This document shows, piece by piece, positions 14,102 through 27,106 of a stretch of 64,000 bases of DNA. Position 1 is the stretch's first letter; each line of letters starts with the position of its first letter. Origin of the DNA: the human T2T-CHM13v2.0 reference genome, Homo sapiens; NCBI RefSeq assembly GCF_009914755.1, contig NC_060933.1. One strand, given 5' to 3'. Both the position numbers and the translations under genes were made by a program. The notes under the pieces are model-generated. The model saw nothing but the letters and a program-made list of their open reading frames with translations, was not told where the DNA came from and did no database searches.

Positions 14102-14429
14102 AAGCAGTCCTCAACCTTTTTGACACTAGGGACAGGTTTCATCAAAGACAATTTTTCCATGGGGGACATGATTTCGGGATGAAACTGTAACACCTTAAAT
14201 CATCAGGCATTAGTTTCTCAAAAGGAGTGCACAACCTAGATCCCTCACATGCACAGTTCACAATAGGGTTCGTGCTCCTGTGGGAATCTAATGCCAATGC
14301 TGATCTGGCAGGAGGTGGAGCTCAGGCGGTAATGCTCACTAGCCTGCTGTTCACCTCCTGCTGTGTGGCCTGGTTCCTAACAGCCCACAGACTGGTACTG
14401 GTCCACAGCCTGGGGTTTGGGGACCCCTA
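14102..14429. mobile_element. MER1B hAT DNA transposon
   Basis: Terminal inverted repeats cagtcctcaacc / ggtttggggacccct; perfect 8-bp TSD CTTTAGTG (14094-101; 14430-37). Confidence 0.9.
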
Positions 14430-15036
14430 CTTTAGTGGAAACAAAGGGGGTTCAGGACAACTGCAGGAATATCCATAAAAAAGAAACCCACATCCCTACT
14501 CCATTAGGGTCTTTACTCAGGGAATTAGTAATTATCCCTCAAAGCTAATGAAACTCCTTGGCTGACAAATGTGTTAACATAGCTGCTTTCCAAGTATTCT
14601 TCCCCTTTTCAATCTCCTTTAGAGTCAGAAACTCACTTAAATTTAAGAGATAACAATTGCTAGCACCTGAGGCTGAAAAAACTAATTGGAAACAGGCTGA
14701 ATTTTTTTTTTTAATTCAGATAGTCTTTGGAGACACCTAGACGGCTGCCTGATTCCTCCTCTGTCCTTCGTCTGCAATGCAGTCCAGTCTCCATAGTAAT
14801 ATGCTTTGGCACAGAAAAAAAGTCTCCTTCACAAGTATTGGTGTAGATGGTTCAGCAGTCATTCTAAGCAGGTAATCTCAACTTGCTCCATTTAACAGAA
14901 ACATAATCCTGCCAAAAATATAAAGGTGGGGCAAGAACAAGAGCTCTTTTTTATGAATGAGTGAACCAAAATTTTAGAATGGAAGCTATAAGCTCTGAAT
15001 TTCTATCTCTGTATGTTCACATGTGAGTGTATGTGT

Positions 15037-15491
15037 TCTGTGAAAGGGACATATATGCAAGTCAACCCCCAAATGCAGAAGAAACCAAGACATCAAAGAA
15101 CAAGGCAGACAAATCCAGTTTATCAGTAAAGCGTGAGTTATTTAGGAACTAACAAAGGGAAGCATGGTCTTGGGTGGCAAGACAGGTAGATCTCCACAGC
15201 ATTACTTTCCAAACTCAGGGCTTATATACCATGGGGAAAAGGGGAACAGGCTCTATAGAGTCTACTAAAGGTAACTCCAGAACAGGCAAGAATGCTATGT
15301 GCATCATATGCTATAATTTGTGCAATAACAGCAAGGTTGTATTGATTTAAAGGCAAGATTTATAGTGAGTACAATTCTTATACTAAGGACAGTAAATAAA
15401 GTAGGAATAAGGAGGCACTCATGGAACTAGGGTTACTGAGAAGTCTACATGGTGAATTAGCATCCAGAACGGAGTAACTTTTATCTCTATA
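15037..15491 (-). mobile_element. MER84/MER83-like ERV1 solo LTR
   Basis: Reverse complement starts TATAGAGATAAAAGTTACTCCGTTCTGGATGCTAATT, like the MER83/84 5' end. Confidence 0.7.
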
Positions 15492-17460
15492 GTGTGCATG
15501 AATGTATGTAGGTTATATATGTGTAATATTATCCAGCCTTCAAATGGTATTACCAAATTATATTATAAATCCCTAAAAGGAGATCTATTCTGACTAGTTT
15601 ACAGATAAATAAGCACTTATATAAACTGAATATTCTTAAGATTCTCAGAAATTAAGGAAATTGAATTTATAATACTTTCAGTGTGGAAAAAAGTATTCTT
15701 ATAGAAACTAGTAAACTCAATGTTTAGTAGTTTCTATAAACTCAAATGTTTCTAACTCAAGTGTTTCAAGAATTCAAGTTCACATAATTTAGGTAAGTCT
15801 TTGGCAGCAAGACTCATTTAATATTGTTCTTTTAGCAAAAACAGGGGATGTCTTCTGAGTTATTTGTTAACACATGTTTTTATTCTACTTGGGCATGTTC
15901 ACCCTAAACTTGTACAGGTTTACTCATCAAATAAGCTTGCATTACATATAATAGATGTCTAAGATGATTATGAACTGTTTAATCAAATTGAATCATTATT
16001 CTGACAAACTTTAATTCAACAGTTATTCTGTTTTGTAGCATGACAATTGGTTTGAAGATATTTTCCAAGATATTTAGTAACTTAAAACCTTAGACTTATG
16101 TTAAATTAAGTTACATAATGGGAAGCCATTAAATGTCTAGATTATTTCTAGTAAAAAAGGATACTGAAGCATAATTATGAGCTTATATACTTTCTTCTCT
16201 TATTTTGATGGTACAGAGAGACTGTATACTATCTGAAGGAAGTGTATGGCTATAAAAAGTTGTAATATGTAAGTTGTAAGACTAGCTCTGCTAGTCTGTT
16301 ACAAAATGCTGGTATATAAAAAATAGTTCATAACTTATCCACCTCATAGATTTTCTGGGAAGTAGAAGCTACTGTGGTTAAAAATTATAACCAATGTAGG
16401 TACGAGAGACTTTATTAGGAGCAATTGTGGCCAAGAGGAGCAATTTTATATGCAATGCATGGAAAAATAGGACAACTTTGTTCTAAAGTAAAATGACTGG
16501 TTTGTCCAGAATAAGAAAGAGGAGAGTGTGTGAAAAAAACCAAATGGATATAGAAAGTTGTAGAAGGTTCATGGAAAAAGAATTTCATATGTCAGGCTAA
16601 GGCTTGATGGATTTATTTAAGGTTGTTTAAGAAGAGCTTTGTATTAAAATTATAGTGATACAAAATTAGGTTTGATATTCTTTCTGTAAAAATGACAAAA
16701 TTTACATGGATTATTGGTCTCCTTTTAAGAGTTTTGAAAAGGTTTTTCTTTACCTTCTGAGTAATCTGACAAAAATACAAAGATACTGTGTCTTATCAGA
16801 ATAGTTAACTGTGTTGTGTGTTGACTTTATCATGTCCTTCATTAGTTAAAAGAACAAAGTCTTCCTACTTTTGATCAAATTTCATGATAATTTCTAACAT
16901 TTTGCTGTCCACAAATCAAATTCTAAATGATATGTTTTGCATCTAAAACTGTCTTTAGGATTTCATGGGGTGCATGGAAAATCACAAAGAATTTATTTTT
17001 TCACTTTATTAAGGAGAAATGCTAAAAATACTTATGTTTATTTCACATTTTGAATTACATAGGAAGCATTGTAAAATCAGAAGGATGCTTAGCCTTCCCT
17101 AGGTTAAATCAATATGGGTAATATATTATTGGTATAAAAATTCCAGAAACTACATGCTGTGTGGTAAATTCCCAGGAAATCATCAATATCCTTACTGCAT
17201 ATATTTTTTTTCTATTTATGAGAGTCCCAGTACTGCTTTGCCTGATTTTAGACAAAAACAATATGGTATTTTTCAGTCATAATTTCAGTAAATTTTTTAA
17301 AATATTAACCTGATTGTAATTTTATTTGTTTAACAAATTAAAGAATTCAAAATCCAGTAAGTTCTAGGGCAGTGGTTCAATTGAGGATTCATATCATTTA
17401 ACCTATAAAGTTTAATTCACATGTTTAGGACTTACTCCAGGCTTACAGAATCTTTTTTAC

Positions 17461-17546
17461 TTTATAATCTTGATATATTCTAACTTGATATAATCTTGAT
17501 ACATTCTAATTTATAATCTTGATATAATCTTTATAATCTTGATATA
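17461..17546. repeat. Patchwork tandem repeat of TATAATCTTGATA
   Basis: Four copies of the motif plus two ATTCTAA blocks. Confidence 0.85.
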
Positions 17547-18077
17547 CCACATTTGGTATATTCATGGTACATTAAATTTAGGGAAATTTGATGCTATATC
17601 TGAATATTGTTTTTTCTATAAAGATATGGCCATCCATTTTCATATATTAGATTTGTATTCATTCTTTGAAAATAGGCTTTCTCATTGTGTTTGCAGATAT
17701 TTTATCTAAAACTTTTTTGCATTGACTATTTTGTTTTCCATGCCATAGAAACAACCATATATCCTTATTAGTTGAATTTTTTTGTGTAATTAACTCACAT
17801 CAGATCTTTCACTTCTAAAAATTATTAGTAATAACTTGACCACAGACGCTTTAATCTACAAGTTGTTTTATTTTACTCTGATCCCTCCTTGAAAGTCCTT
17901 GCAAATCTGTCTTAGAGATCCAGGACTCTATGTCAGGTATATGTTTCTTATGGCATTGCTTAAAATACACTGAAATCATACCAATGAATTGAATCAGGAT
18001 TTCCAGCTCCAGTGAAGAAGCAGGTGTGTTCAGAAAACTGCTAATCTAAGATCAAGCAAATTAAAAATTAATTACAT

Positions 18078-18102
18078 ATGAATGAATGAATGAATGAATG
18101 AA
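18078..18102. repeat. (GAAT)n
   Basis: Read directly. Confidence 0.9.
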
Positions 18103-18582
18103 GAATAATTATGGGCTCTGCATGGGATATTGCTAATATGTTAATATTCTGTTTTCTGGATATTAATAATCCCTTTATATTTTCTCTTAATTGAACTATA
18201 ATTCATACCAAGTTATTAAACTGTGCTTTTATAGACAAATGAAACATTCATTTTTTTCCTTCCTTCCTGACCCCTCTGGAATTCAGAAACTTATCAAGTA
18301 GTCTCATTTTCATGGCAATATAATTATTTTCATAGGATCAATAAGAATATACTCTTCTTATTAACAATATATAATTATAAAAATTGATTATGCAACCCAG
18401 GTATTTACTGGAATATTTTATTCGAGAATGATACTCATTTCATCAGATTGCCCAGACACTTGTATGGAGTGACCAAGTTGGCCGTAACATTTCTTTCCAC
18501 TTGACTCAACTGTAGGCTGACGTTTTCCTGACTCTAGGCTCCTGGTTTCTATATTCTTAGAGCATTGTCTTTATAAAAACTT

Positions 18583-18880
18583 ATGCTGAGATTCAAAAGA
18601 TGATATCCAAAAGACTGGCACTTTGACATGCTGAGAAGCCTTAGAAGCTGCCTCAGCATCAAGGTCCCTCTAACCTAGTCTTATTCTCCTACTCCGAGAG
18701 CAGAAAGGGACTCTAAAATATTCTTATCTCCACCCACTGAGGAATGCTAACACACCTGGATGAACGTTTACAGAAGATAATGCCTGCCTCTTGGGGCTCA
18801 TTCAAGTTCCAAAGACAATCCTTTGCAACTACCCTTCTGTCTCCTGAGTCCATATATTCTCCCTAATAATTATTTACTAG
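18583..18880 (+). mobile_element. MER39-like LTR (3'-truncated), followed by MER4-group-like internal sequence to ~20650
   Basis: ggcactttgacatgctga...aagctgcctc..aaggtccctctaacc resembles MER39. Confidence 0.6.
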
Positions 18881-19905
18881 GTGGCCAGTCTGAAAGGGCT
18901 AAGAACACTGGAATACATAAGATATTAAGCAGCCCACTCTCACTTTGAATGAATCAAACTCTCAGGGAGTTTCTCTTAATAACTCCCATGCAAAAGGGGC
19001 TTTGCTTGTCTCAATCCTTGTTGCCTGGTTAGTTCTGGGAAAGTTTAATTCCAGGAGGGACTACCTGGTGTCACAGATTAACAGGGCTGACTGGTGGTCC
19101 CTCACAAACTTGTGGGATACTGGAGGCACTGTACCTGCAAATACCATCCTTACCCATCTGTGGCAACAAGAGTCTTGCTATCTCAGCCTATTTCTTGGAG
19201 TAAATTTTTGGGGGGATCAGAAGGGACTGCATATTCTGTACCCACTTTATAAATGACACTTAAATCCATGGTATTCTAAGCCTGGAATGAATACCACATC
19301 TGCGGCTTTCTATGAAAAAAGAAAAAAAAAAAAGCTTATTTTTGAGTTTCCTATGGAATAAACAAATTGGCTGTATTTAAAAGAAAAAAAAATACTTGGA
19401 GCACTCTCAGCTTAAACAACTGCTTATTGGACCTATGAAAAGAGACAAAAGAAAGATATAGCCTTAGAAATTCCCTTGGCAAACCAAAACCAAAACTAAA
19501 ACTAAATGAAGAAAAATACCCAGAACTCAGATTTAAAACAGAATTAATTAAAATCCTGCCTGCTTTGGATGCTCTTTGGTGTTTACAAAGAAGACACTCC
19601 AGCCTGTACTCTAGTGGCTAAGATGGCCAAGATGTCCACACTTTCACTGATGTGGCCAGGGTTTGATTTCCAGTCTGAGAACTAGTCCCTTGAAAATGTA
19701 AATCTTCTAACTCAAAATGTTTTTAAGAAAATAAATATTCATTAAAAAATCGTGGTACTCATTTGTTTCGTAATCCTTTCTATGCTTGTAGATTTTATTT
19801 TGTGTTTTACTATTTTTTAAATCTTCCTCTGTGGGGCACTCAAGTTGTAGTAGGCCTTTGTGCGCAGGTGGTCAGCTGAGAAGCTGACACCTTAGGAAAT
19901 ACGGC

Positions 19906-20131
19906 AGATGAGAAAACATGAACACTGTGGGGAACAACACACACTGGGGCCTTTTGGAGGGTGGAGGGTGGGAGAAGGGAGAGTATCAGTAAAAATAAGT
20001 AATAGGTACTAGGCTTAATACCTGGGTGATGAAATAATCTGTACAACAAATCCCCATGACACAGTTAACCTATGTAACAAACCTGCACTTGTACCCCTGA
20101 ACTTAAAATAAAAATATAAAAAAGAAAGAAA
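19906..20131 (+). mobile_element. Short 5'-truncated L1PA (older, PA13-16-like) 3' end
   Basis: L1 3'UTR with A-rich tail; TSD GAAATACGG/GAAATATGG. Confidence 0.9.
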
Positions 20132-20659
20132 GAAATATGGGTTGTATTTCATTTGCAGCTAGTGAAACTTCCTAATTTATGAGCTGTCTTTGGGAGTGGT
20201 CTGGATCTTGAGAGTTTTGCAGCTTTTGCTCCCTCTTTGGAGGCATTGTTTAAAGCCATAAAGGGCTTCTTGGTTTTAGTTTTATGTGTGATTGTTTTTG
20301 TTTTCAGTCATCTGTTTAAGCATACCTTTGATTTAAAACTTTGGTATATATCTACAGCGTGATAGTTTTCACTTTGCCTTGTTTCTTCCACTGGGCCAGA
20401 GAAACAGCCTCGCTCCATCACTGGAAATTGACCCTGTGAGAGGAGGGGGAGGGCCCCTCACAGGTGACAAGGGGAGGCACAGTTCTGCAGCAGCCATTCT
20501 CTGGCCTTCAGTGAAAGGCCGACTGCTCCCAAGATGGAAAGCTTGCTACTTGTATATTTAAAAGGATTTTTAAAAAGCAGTTCTTTGATCTGCTTCATTA
20601 GAAGTAGATCTAATTAAGATCTAATCTAAAAAGTAGACTTAATTAGAAGCTGATATTCA

Positions 20660-22710
20660 GATGGCCTGAATGTCCAGATGCTGTGGCCAGTTGTGCTGAT
20701 CACAGAGCTTCTTGGGGGAAACCTACAGGTGGCCAATGGCATGTCTTGGACTTTTTCATGGGAAGATCTTATTTAAAAATGGATCAACTGAAATATCTAG
20801 AGAATGTGACTTGTGCCAAAGAGGGACAGAGAACAAAAGCACAGAAATATTGTCAGCTTTGCATGGTGTCTCCAGAACTTCACAATTATCTCTACGTTGA
20901 ATTTATTGCTACTCTTCCTCTTGTTTTACGTTGGTTCTTTATTTAATGGTAAATGGGGAAAAAAAAGTTCTAGTGTACTTTTTCAACACATCATTAGATT
21001 ATTTGAATCCAGTATGGCAGCTGTTGTCACCCTACTTGTGAGTAATGCAATTGGTGTTCTTTATATCTGTTCGTTCATGTCGAGTATTGACACTTTCAGA
21101 TCGGTACACGATGCTTTGCTTTGCAACCCAAGTCCAGATTGTGTTACCGCAGTGCGCAGTACTCAGGAAGCTGGCTACCCACTACATATCATTGTATTTA
21201 TCTATTATGCATTCTGCTTGGTATTAATGATGCTGCTCCCAACTTTCTGGTGAAGAAGATTGCATGTGAGTTAGGGAAGTCTGATTTAAAAGTATTTATG
21301 CAGCACTTTACTTTTTCCTAATATTACCCATGCTTCAGGTGGTTGGTGGAGGCCTTTTATATTATGCCTTCCCATACATTATATTAGTGTCATCTTTGGT
21401 TACTCTAGATGTGTATGTATCGGCTTCTGAAATAGAGAACTACTATGATCTTCTGGTCAGAAAGAAAAGACTTATTCTCTTCAGCCACTGGTTACTTCAT
21501 GCCGGTAGAAAAACAAAAATCTTCGTTTCCAGAGTGAATAAACTTGAGCAATGTTTGCCCCTTTGGACTTTGGCACCTACACTATCCATTTATTCCTTGT
21601 TCACTGAAAAATGTACTCAACTTTCACAGATACTCTCAGAAGGAGCCAGTAGACACTGATATGGTTTGACTCTGTGTCCCCATCCAAATCTCATGTTGAA
21701 TTGTAATCCTCAACATTTGGGGAGGGACTTGGTGGAAGGTGATTAGATCATAGCAGCAGTTTTGCCCTTGCTATTCTCATGATAGTAAGTTCTCATGAGA
21801 TCTCGTTGTTTAAAAGTGTGTAGCACTTCCCCCTTCACTCTTTCTCTCCTGCCACCATTAGAAGATGTGCTTGCTTCCCCTTCAGCCTTCCATCATGATT
21901 ATAGGTTTCCTGAGGCCTCCCAGCCATACCTCCTGTACAGCCTGTGGAATTGTGAGTTAATTAAACCTTTTTTCTTTATAAATTTCCCAGTCTCAGGCAG
22001 TTCTTTATAGAAGTGTGAGAATGGGCCAATACAGACACTGCATGTAAAAATGCAAAATGCCAAAAAAACCTAAGAAGTGTTCCTAATTTAAAAAGTAAAT
22101 AAACGTAAAAAAAGAATTAATGATATTCTGCCATACATAGGAACAAGATTGTCAATATATCTTAATGTTTGGAGTTTTTCTGTTTTTTTGTTTGTTTGTT
22201 TGTTTTGTTTTGTTTTTATTTTACTTAACAGACTTTATGGATGGACTTAGAGACTTGAAAAATACAAAATACCATATTATTCTGTTAAACAGCATAATAT
22301 TATCTATTACATTAGTAACCCATTAGGAATTACTTGCTTCCCTTAACTGTTCAGTTATTCTTTAGAGAAAAATTGTTTCTACGTACCTAGCAATGTGTTG
22401 TTCCCATTTTATTAAGAAAAACTTTAACAAATATTATCTGATTTTGTTAGCAGTGGCATAATTGTGCATATCTTTTCTGTTTCTATTTGTTTTTCACCAA
22501 TAATAAATTATAAAGATAGATATACTGTGGGGTCTGATTGCAAACATATACATGAAGTGTATTTTTTTGTTATCTGGTTATTTTCACCAATCCAGTATTT
22601 TAAAATATTATAAAAATTAAGCATATTTTACATATAAGTTTTCTGTTTATAGATAGTTTAATTTTATTGTTCCTACAAAGAAAATAAATAGTAGAAAGCT
22701 TAACTACAAA
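20660..22710 (+). pseudogene. JKAMPP1: Processed pseudogene of JKAMP (JNK1/MAPK8-associated membrane protein); CDS remnant 20736-21659 plus UTRs
   Basis: Intronless, frameshifted ORF pieces match JKAMP end to end (MACLGL..FKNGSTEI, QKYCQ..SPEL, GKKSSS.LFQHI, IVFIYYAFCLVLMMLL, GGGLLYYAFPYIILV, DLLVRKKRLI, ILSEGA..H); 3'UTR resumes after the LTR; AATAAA at 22683. The P1 symbol is from memory. Confidence 0.93.
21657..22033 (+). mobile_element. MSTA/THE1D-like MaLR solo LTR inserted in the JKAMP retrocopy
   Basis: TGATATGGTTTG...AATACA ends; perfect 5-bp TSD GACAC (21652-56; 22034-38). Confidence 0.93.
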
Positions 22711-22744
22711 GAAAGCTGGTTTCCCTTTAATTAAAAAAAAAAAA

Positions 22745-23122
22745 GCTCCATTACAGATTTAATCTTATTACTCATAATTTGTCTGCTTTCTGTTTCTTCT
22801 TAATTCAGTTTCAGTAGGTTGTATATGTCCAGGAATTTATTTAATTTCACAAGGTTTTATAATTTGTTGGCACATAGTTGTTCATAATAGTCTCTAATGA
22901 TCTTTTGTATTTCTGTAATATCAGTTGTAATGTCTCCTCTTTTATTTTTGGTTTTATTTACTTGAGTCTGTTTTTTTTCTTAGTTAATCTAGCTAAAGGA
23001 TTGTCAATTTTGTTTATGTTTTCAAAAAACCAAACTTTGTTGATGTTTGCATTGATTTCTTAGTCTCAATTTTGTTTATTTCTGGTCTAATTTTTATTGT
23101 TTCTTTTCTTCCATTAATTTTG
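22745..23122 (-). mobile_element. L1M ORF2 fragment
   Basis: gttgtatatgtccaggaatttat, tctagctaaaggattgtcaattttg...caaaaaaccaaactt. Confidence 0.8.
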
Positions 23123-23220
23123 GTAGATGTAATTAACTTCCTCTCCCACTCTGAAGGTCAAGTTTTGTTACCTACCTACAAATTGAACTAGATCCTGTCA
23201 TATTGCAAAAATGTAAACAT

Positions 23221-24608
23221 TGTGGAAATAAAGATCACCACAATGAGAACAAAGGCTATTTATTTAGAGCTTGTTATATCAGAGTTTACTATAACAAAGG
23301 ATAAAGACTGTCATTTGCATTTACCAGAGACTCAAAGGCAGGCAAATGAATAGGGAAGCTTTATAATGAAAGAAAGAAAAGCTTTTGGTATATCCTGATT
23401 GTAGGCTGTTAACATGGGGAAAATGTAGTGGGGGCTAACTAGAGGGACATCCTATATCATTCATGAGGAGTGCATATTTCCTTTCTCTGGTTGGTCCTAA
23501 ATTAAAAGCAAGAACAGAAAATTGGGGAAACTTAAAATTATTAATCAAGTCCTTCTCTCTCTTTGGACCAGGTTTTATGAAAGTTATTGGTTTGGATTTC
23601 TGGAATGATTGTTAGAGATACTAGTCTGATTTCCATAAGTCTGATTTATCAATAGTAGGCTGGTTTTCTGGGCTGGTTACTGCAGAGAGCCTGTTTGCCA
23701 CAGATTATGGGTCATATTGATGGCAGCAGCTGCTCCAGACAGCCTGCCACTGCCATTAAACCAGTGGCAGCAGTGGGGAGCAGCTGGGGATGCATGCTCC
23801 ATGTAGCCTGTGGGAGCTGGGGACAAGTGGGAGCCCCACCCCTTCTGAATTGGGGTGGGAGCTCCCCAGATGCACTGCAGCTGCCCAAACCATGGCTGCA
23901 GACCTGGTCCTCCCAATCCACAGATCAGGCAGGAGCCCTGCCCCACTGGACACAACTGCAGCTGCCCAAACCATGGCTGTAGGCTCAGGCATCCCTGCAC
24001 TATCTGGGGCCCGGGAAGGCCCCCACCCCTGCCCTTGCAGGTTCAGAAGTGCCTGCTCCCACTGTCTGGCCTTTCCTGGCTGTTGGCGCCTTCTCCAATT
24101 TTGAAGCAAAGTCGAGCCAAGCCTGGCACCATGAATGGCAGTAGGAGGCAGCCAGATTCCTGGGTGGAAGGGATGGGTCCCCAGTGATGCCCCACCTTCA
24201 GGCCAGAGAAGTCCCACCTGTCAGGCCCCAGGCTCAGCCAGAGCAGAGGAGAGAATGGAGAGATGATCAGCTGCAGAGAGGCACTACCCTCTAACTCTCC
24301 ATTGCGTCCTCTCTCCTGAGAGCTGAACACTCGATGGGACAACCTGCCTACAGAGAGGAGCTACCCACTGTGGGTCTCCCCTAAGCTGTTGTAACACTCA
24401 ATAAAGCTCTTCATCTTGCTCACGCTCCACTTGTCTGTGTACCTCATTCTTCCTCATTCTTCCTGGATTCAGGACAACAACTTGGGCAAAGGTGCCAGCA
24501 GCCACAGAGGTTTCTGGACAGAAAAGCAACATCCCAAAGATCCCATAACAATAGTTCTATTTTTATATATGGCATGGCCATTGTTTGTTTGTATATTCAG
24601 TCTTTCAA
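23221..24608 (-). mobile_element. MER67-like ERV1 LTR split by MER52
   Basis: cagattatgggtc | agttctatttttatatatgg...gtatattcagtct rejoin across the insert. Confidence 0.6.
23718..24550 (+). mobile_element. MER52 solo LTR (GC-rich)
   Basis: TGATGGCAGCAG start, AATAAAGCT signal, ...gatcccataaCA end; approximate TSD ATAT/ATAG. Confidence 0.85.
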
Positions 24609-24679
24609 CCCATACCAAATTTTCAAGTTTTTCAGTTTTCTTTAGTATCTTGTATCATTTTCCAAACTAACATTTCCTG

Positions 24680-25735
24680 GTTTTCTCGTTTCTAAACTTG
24701 ACTACACTGAAATCTAAAATCTGATACCTAGATCCTTATGAGAACTCTACTTTGCCTTATAGCAGGCCTTTTCCCCCAGGATCTGAAGAAGACTGTAAAC
24801 TAAAGCCAGATGACTTGATATTATAAGGTTAAATGTAATTCTTCCCTCATGCCAAAAGGAAAAGGGAACTCCCCAACTATAGCATTTTCTTTAGAAAATT
24901 TAAATTTTTAAATATGTTCACTATTGTTTTGAGATGTGTTTCTATATTTTAAAAGATCCATAAGTATTTATGCTGCTGTCTCCAAGTTATAATTTCCTGC
25001 TATTTGTAAAGATAGAAAAAACTTTGTATTTCTTTTGGGTAAAGAGAATTAGCATATATGTAATACATTGCATCTTTGTTGCTTATAAAAAGATGATATT
25101 TATTTATGTTTTTTACAATATCTTTAATAAGTTTTCTGTGATGTGTATCACAATATGTCTTGATGCTTATTCAATAGTAACACTGATTTGTTTTGTCTAT
25201 TTGTTTAAGAAATTTGGTTAAAAGGAGATTTTATTTTATTTTACAAAGGAGAAAGAAAAATTTCTTTTCTTTCCCTTCTTAGGTTCTTTTGAGGCATAGT
25301 CCTGAAAACAAAAGAAATATTAGCAAAGGGAAACAAGCAGTTTTAGTTTATAATGCATACTGTACTCATCACATAGGACAGGCCCCTGTTCAAAAGTATT
25401 TCTCTCTCAAGGCAGTGGCTTAGGGCCTTTGCTGAAATAGTACTTTAACAAGGAGCCATAAATCCTACATAGTGACAAGATAAAGGAGAGAGCAGTTCTA
25501 GTCTTTTAAAAGGTGGGAAAATTGAGAAGATACTAAAAGTTGTTCCCAGATTGCTCTGATGCTGGCTGGTCCTTCTCTGGACTGATAAGCAAGTGCTGTC
25601 TCCAGTAAGAAAGGATTTGTGTCCTGGCATTAGGCAAAAAGAGGCTGAGGCTGACTGTTCCCTGAGTTTCCAGTGTCTTTACCTTAACAACCCTCAACAT
25701 GTCAGGGGAAAATATTTTGGTTTTCTTCCATTTAT
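24680..25735. mobile_element. Further old ERV1-like LTR fragments (MER34-group-like)
   Basis: Compositional and motif resemblance only. Confidence 0.35.
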
Positions 25736-26199
25736 TTCCCCAACAATATATACTGTGAAGGACTGATCACCTTAGCAGACCACACAAGGGCAAGATTTCT
25801 CCCTGAATGAGTCACTGGCTGGGACACTAAGAGATTATGGCAAAATCCTCAGATCGTAAATGTCCTTATACGAGTGTCAATCAAGACTGTGGATAATATC
25901 ATCAAAAGCATAAACATCTTATCTTTAAGAAACTCAATGAGCAGTATTACAAAATAAAAATATGTTTATCCCTGACCTCTTAGAATCTGCTGAGCTGGAT
26001 ATCTTCAGGGTTTAACTCTCAGCTCTTTACTTGAATATAGCCGTTTATTTTAATATTGCTTTTTAAAATTGTATGCATCCCTCTTTTAAAATGCTTGGTC
26101 TGAAAGATCCTAAAACAACTGAATTTTATGGCTGGCCTTCAATAGATAGTTCAGCTGATTATTTTGCAGGAACAACATCGATAAGAGTCTTCAGAAGAT

Positions 26200-26241
26200 G
26201 ACTTCTTCTTCTTCTTTTCTTCTTCTTTTTCTTCTCTCTCT

Positions 26242-26273
<32 letters not shown>

Positions 26274-26554
26274 GAGAAAGTCTCACTTTGAGACCCAGAC
26301 TAGAGTGCAGTGGCCCAAACTCAGCTTACTGCAGCTTCAACCTTCTGGGCTCAAGCAATCCTCTTGCCTCAGCCCCTCAATTACCTGAAACTAAAGGCAC
26401 ACACCATTATACCTGGCTAATTTTTTAAATTTATTGTAGAAATGGGGTTTCCTTGTGTTGCCCAGGCTGGTCCTGAACTCCCGAAGTCAAGCGATCTGCC
26501 CACCTTAGCCTCCCAAAGTGCTAGGATTATAGGTATGAGCCACTGCGTCCAGCC
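26200..26554 (-). mobile_element. AluJ with (CTT)/(CT)/T compound tail
   Basis: J-type gggctcaagcaatcctc; approximate TSD AGATGACTTCTT/AGACTGCTTCTT. Confidence 0.93.
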
Positions 26555-26645
26555 AGACTGCTTCTTAAACCCTGACTTACCCCACTCAAAATATTAATGA
26601 TTGCCTCTGAACTGATATTCATTCAACTTGAACAACAGAGGACAC

Positions 26646-27106
26646 TGACAATGTTTAATTTTACCTGAGCCCTGCCCACCAAGAAAGCAGCAATAGTTAA
26701 GAAATCCCTCCACTCTTTTCTTTTCCAGGAAACACCTACTGAAAAGAACACCCATATGACTTAGATCAGACTCCCAGATGATCCTCTTTCTGTATCTATG
26801 ACAAGGCCAGGCACAGCTGATCCAAATTCTAATTTTTTATCTCATAAATAATTACATACAGTGTTTGTTCCCCCACAAGTAGCTAAATGAAAGGTTGACA
26901 TTTTTGGCTGGGTGATTGACTGAGATTCCCTTAATTACAAAAATAAGATTAAAGAATTCTACCTATAACTTCTCTACAGCTCCCTATAAATGTTTAAGGT
27001 GCAACCACCTTACTGAGACACTCTGGTCTTCAGATATGAGGTGCTTTCTGTATTTTAATAGACTGGATAAAATGGTTGTTCCTACTTGTTTTTTTTGTCT
27101 TTGATA
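26646..27106 (+). mobile_element. 3' LTR of the provirus
   Basis: TGACAATG start after aacagaggacac; homologous to 11561-12035; followed by GGGT. Confidence 0.85.

Noticed and set aside
20683-21659. Functional JKAMP gene
   Set aside because: Intronless, with multiple frameshifts and stops and an LTR insertion.
20645-22724. TSD for the JKAMP retrocopy (AGAAGCTGATATTC vs AGAAAGCTGGTTTCC)
   Set aside because: Too degenerate to assert; the 3' boundary remains approximate.
23677-24342. Cluster of overlapping 70-150 aa ORFs on both strands
   Set aside because: All lie in the GC-rich, stop-poor MER52 LTR; no recognisable protein.
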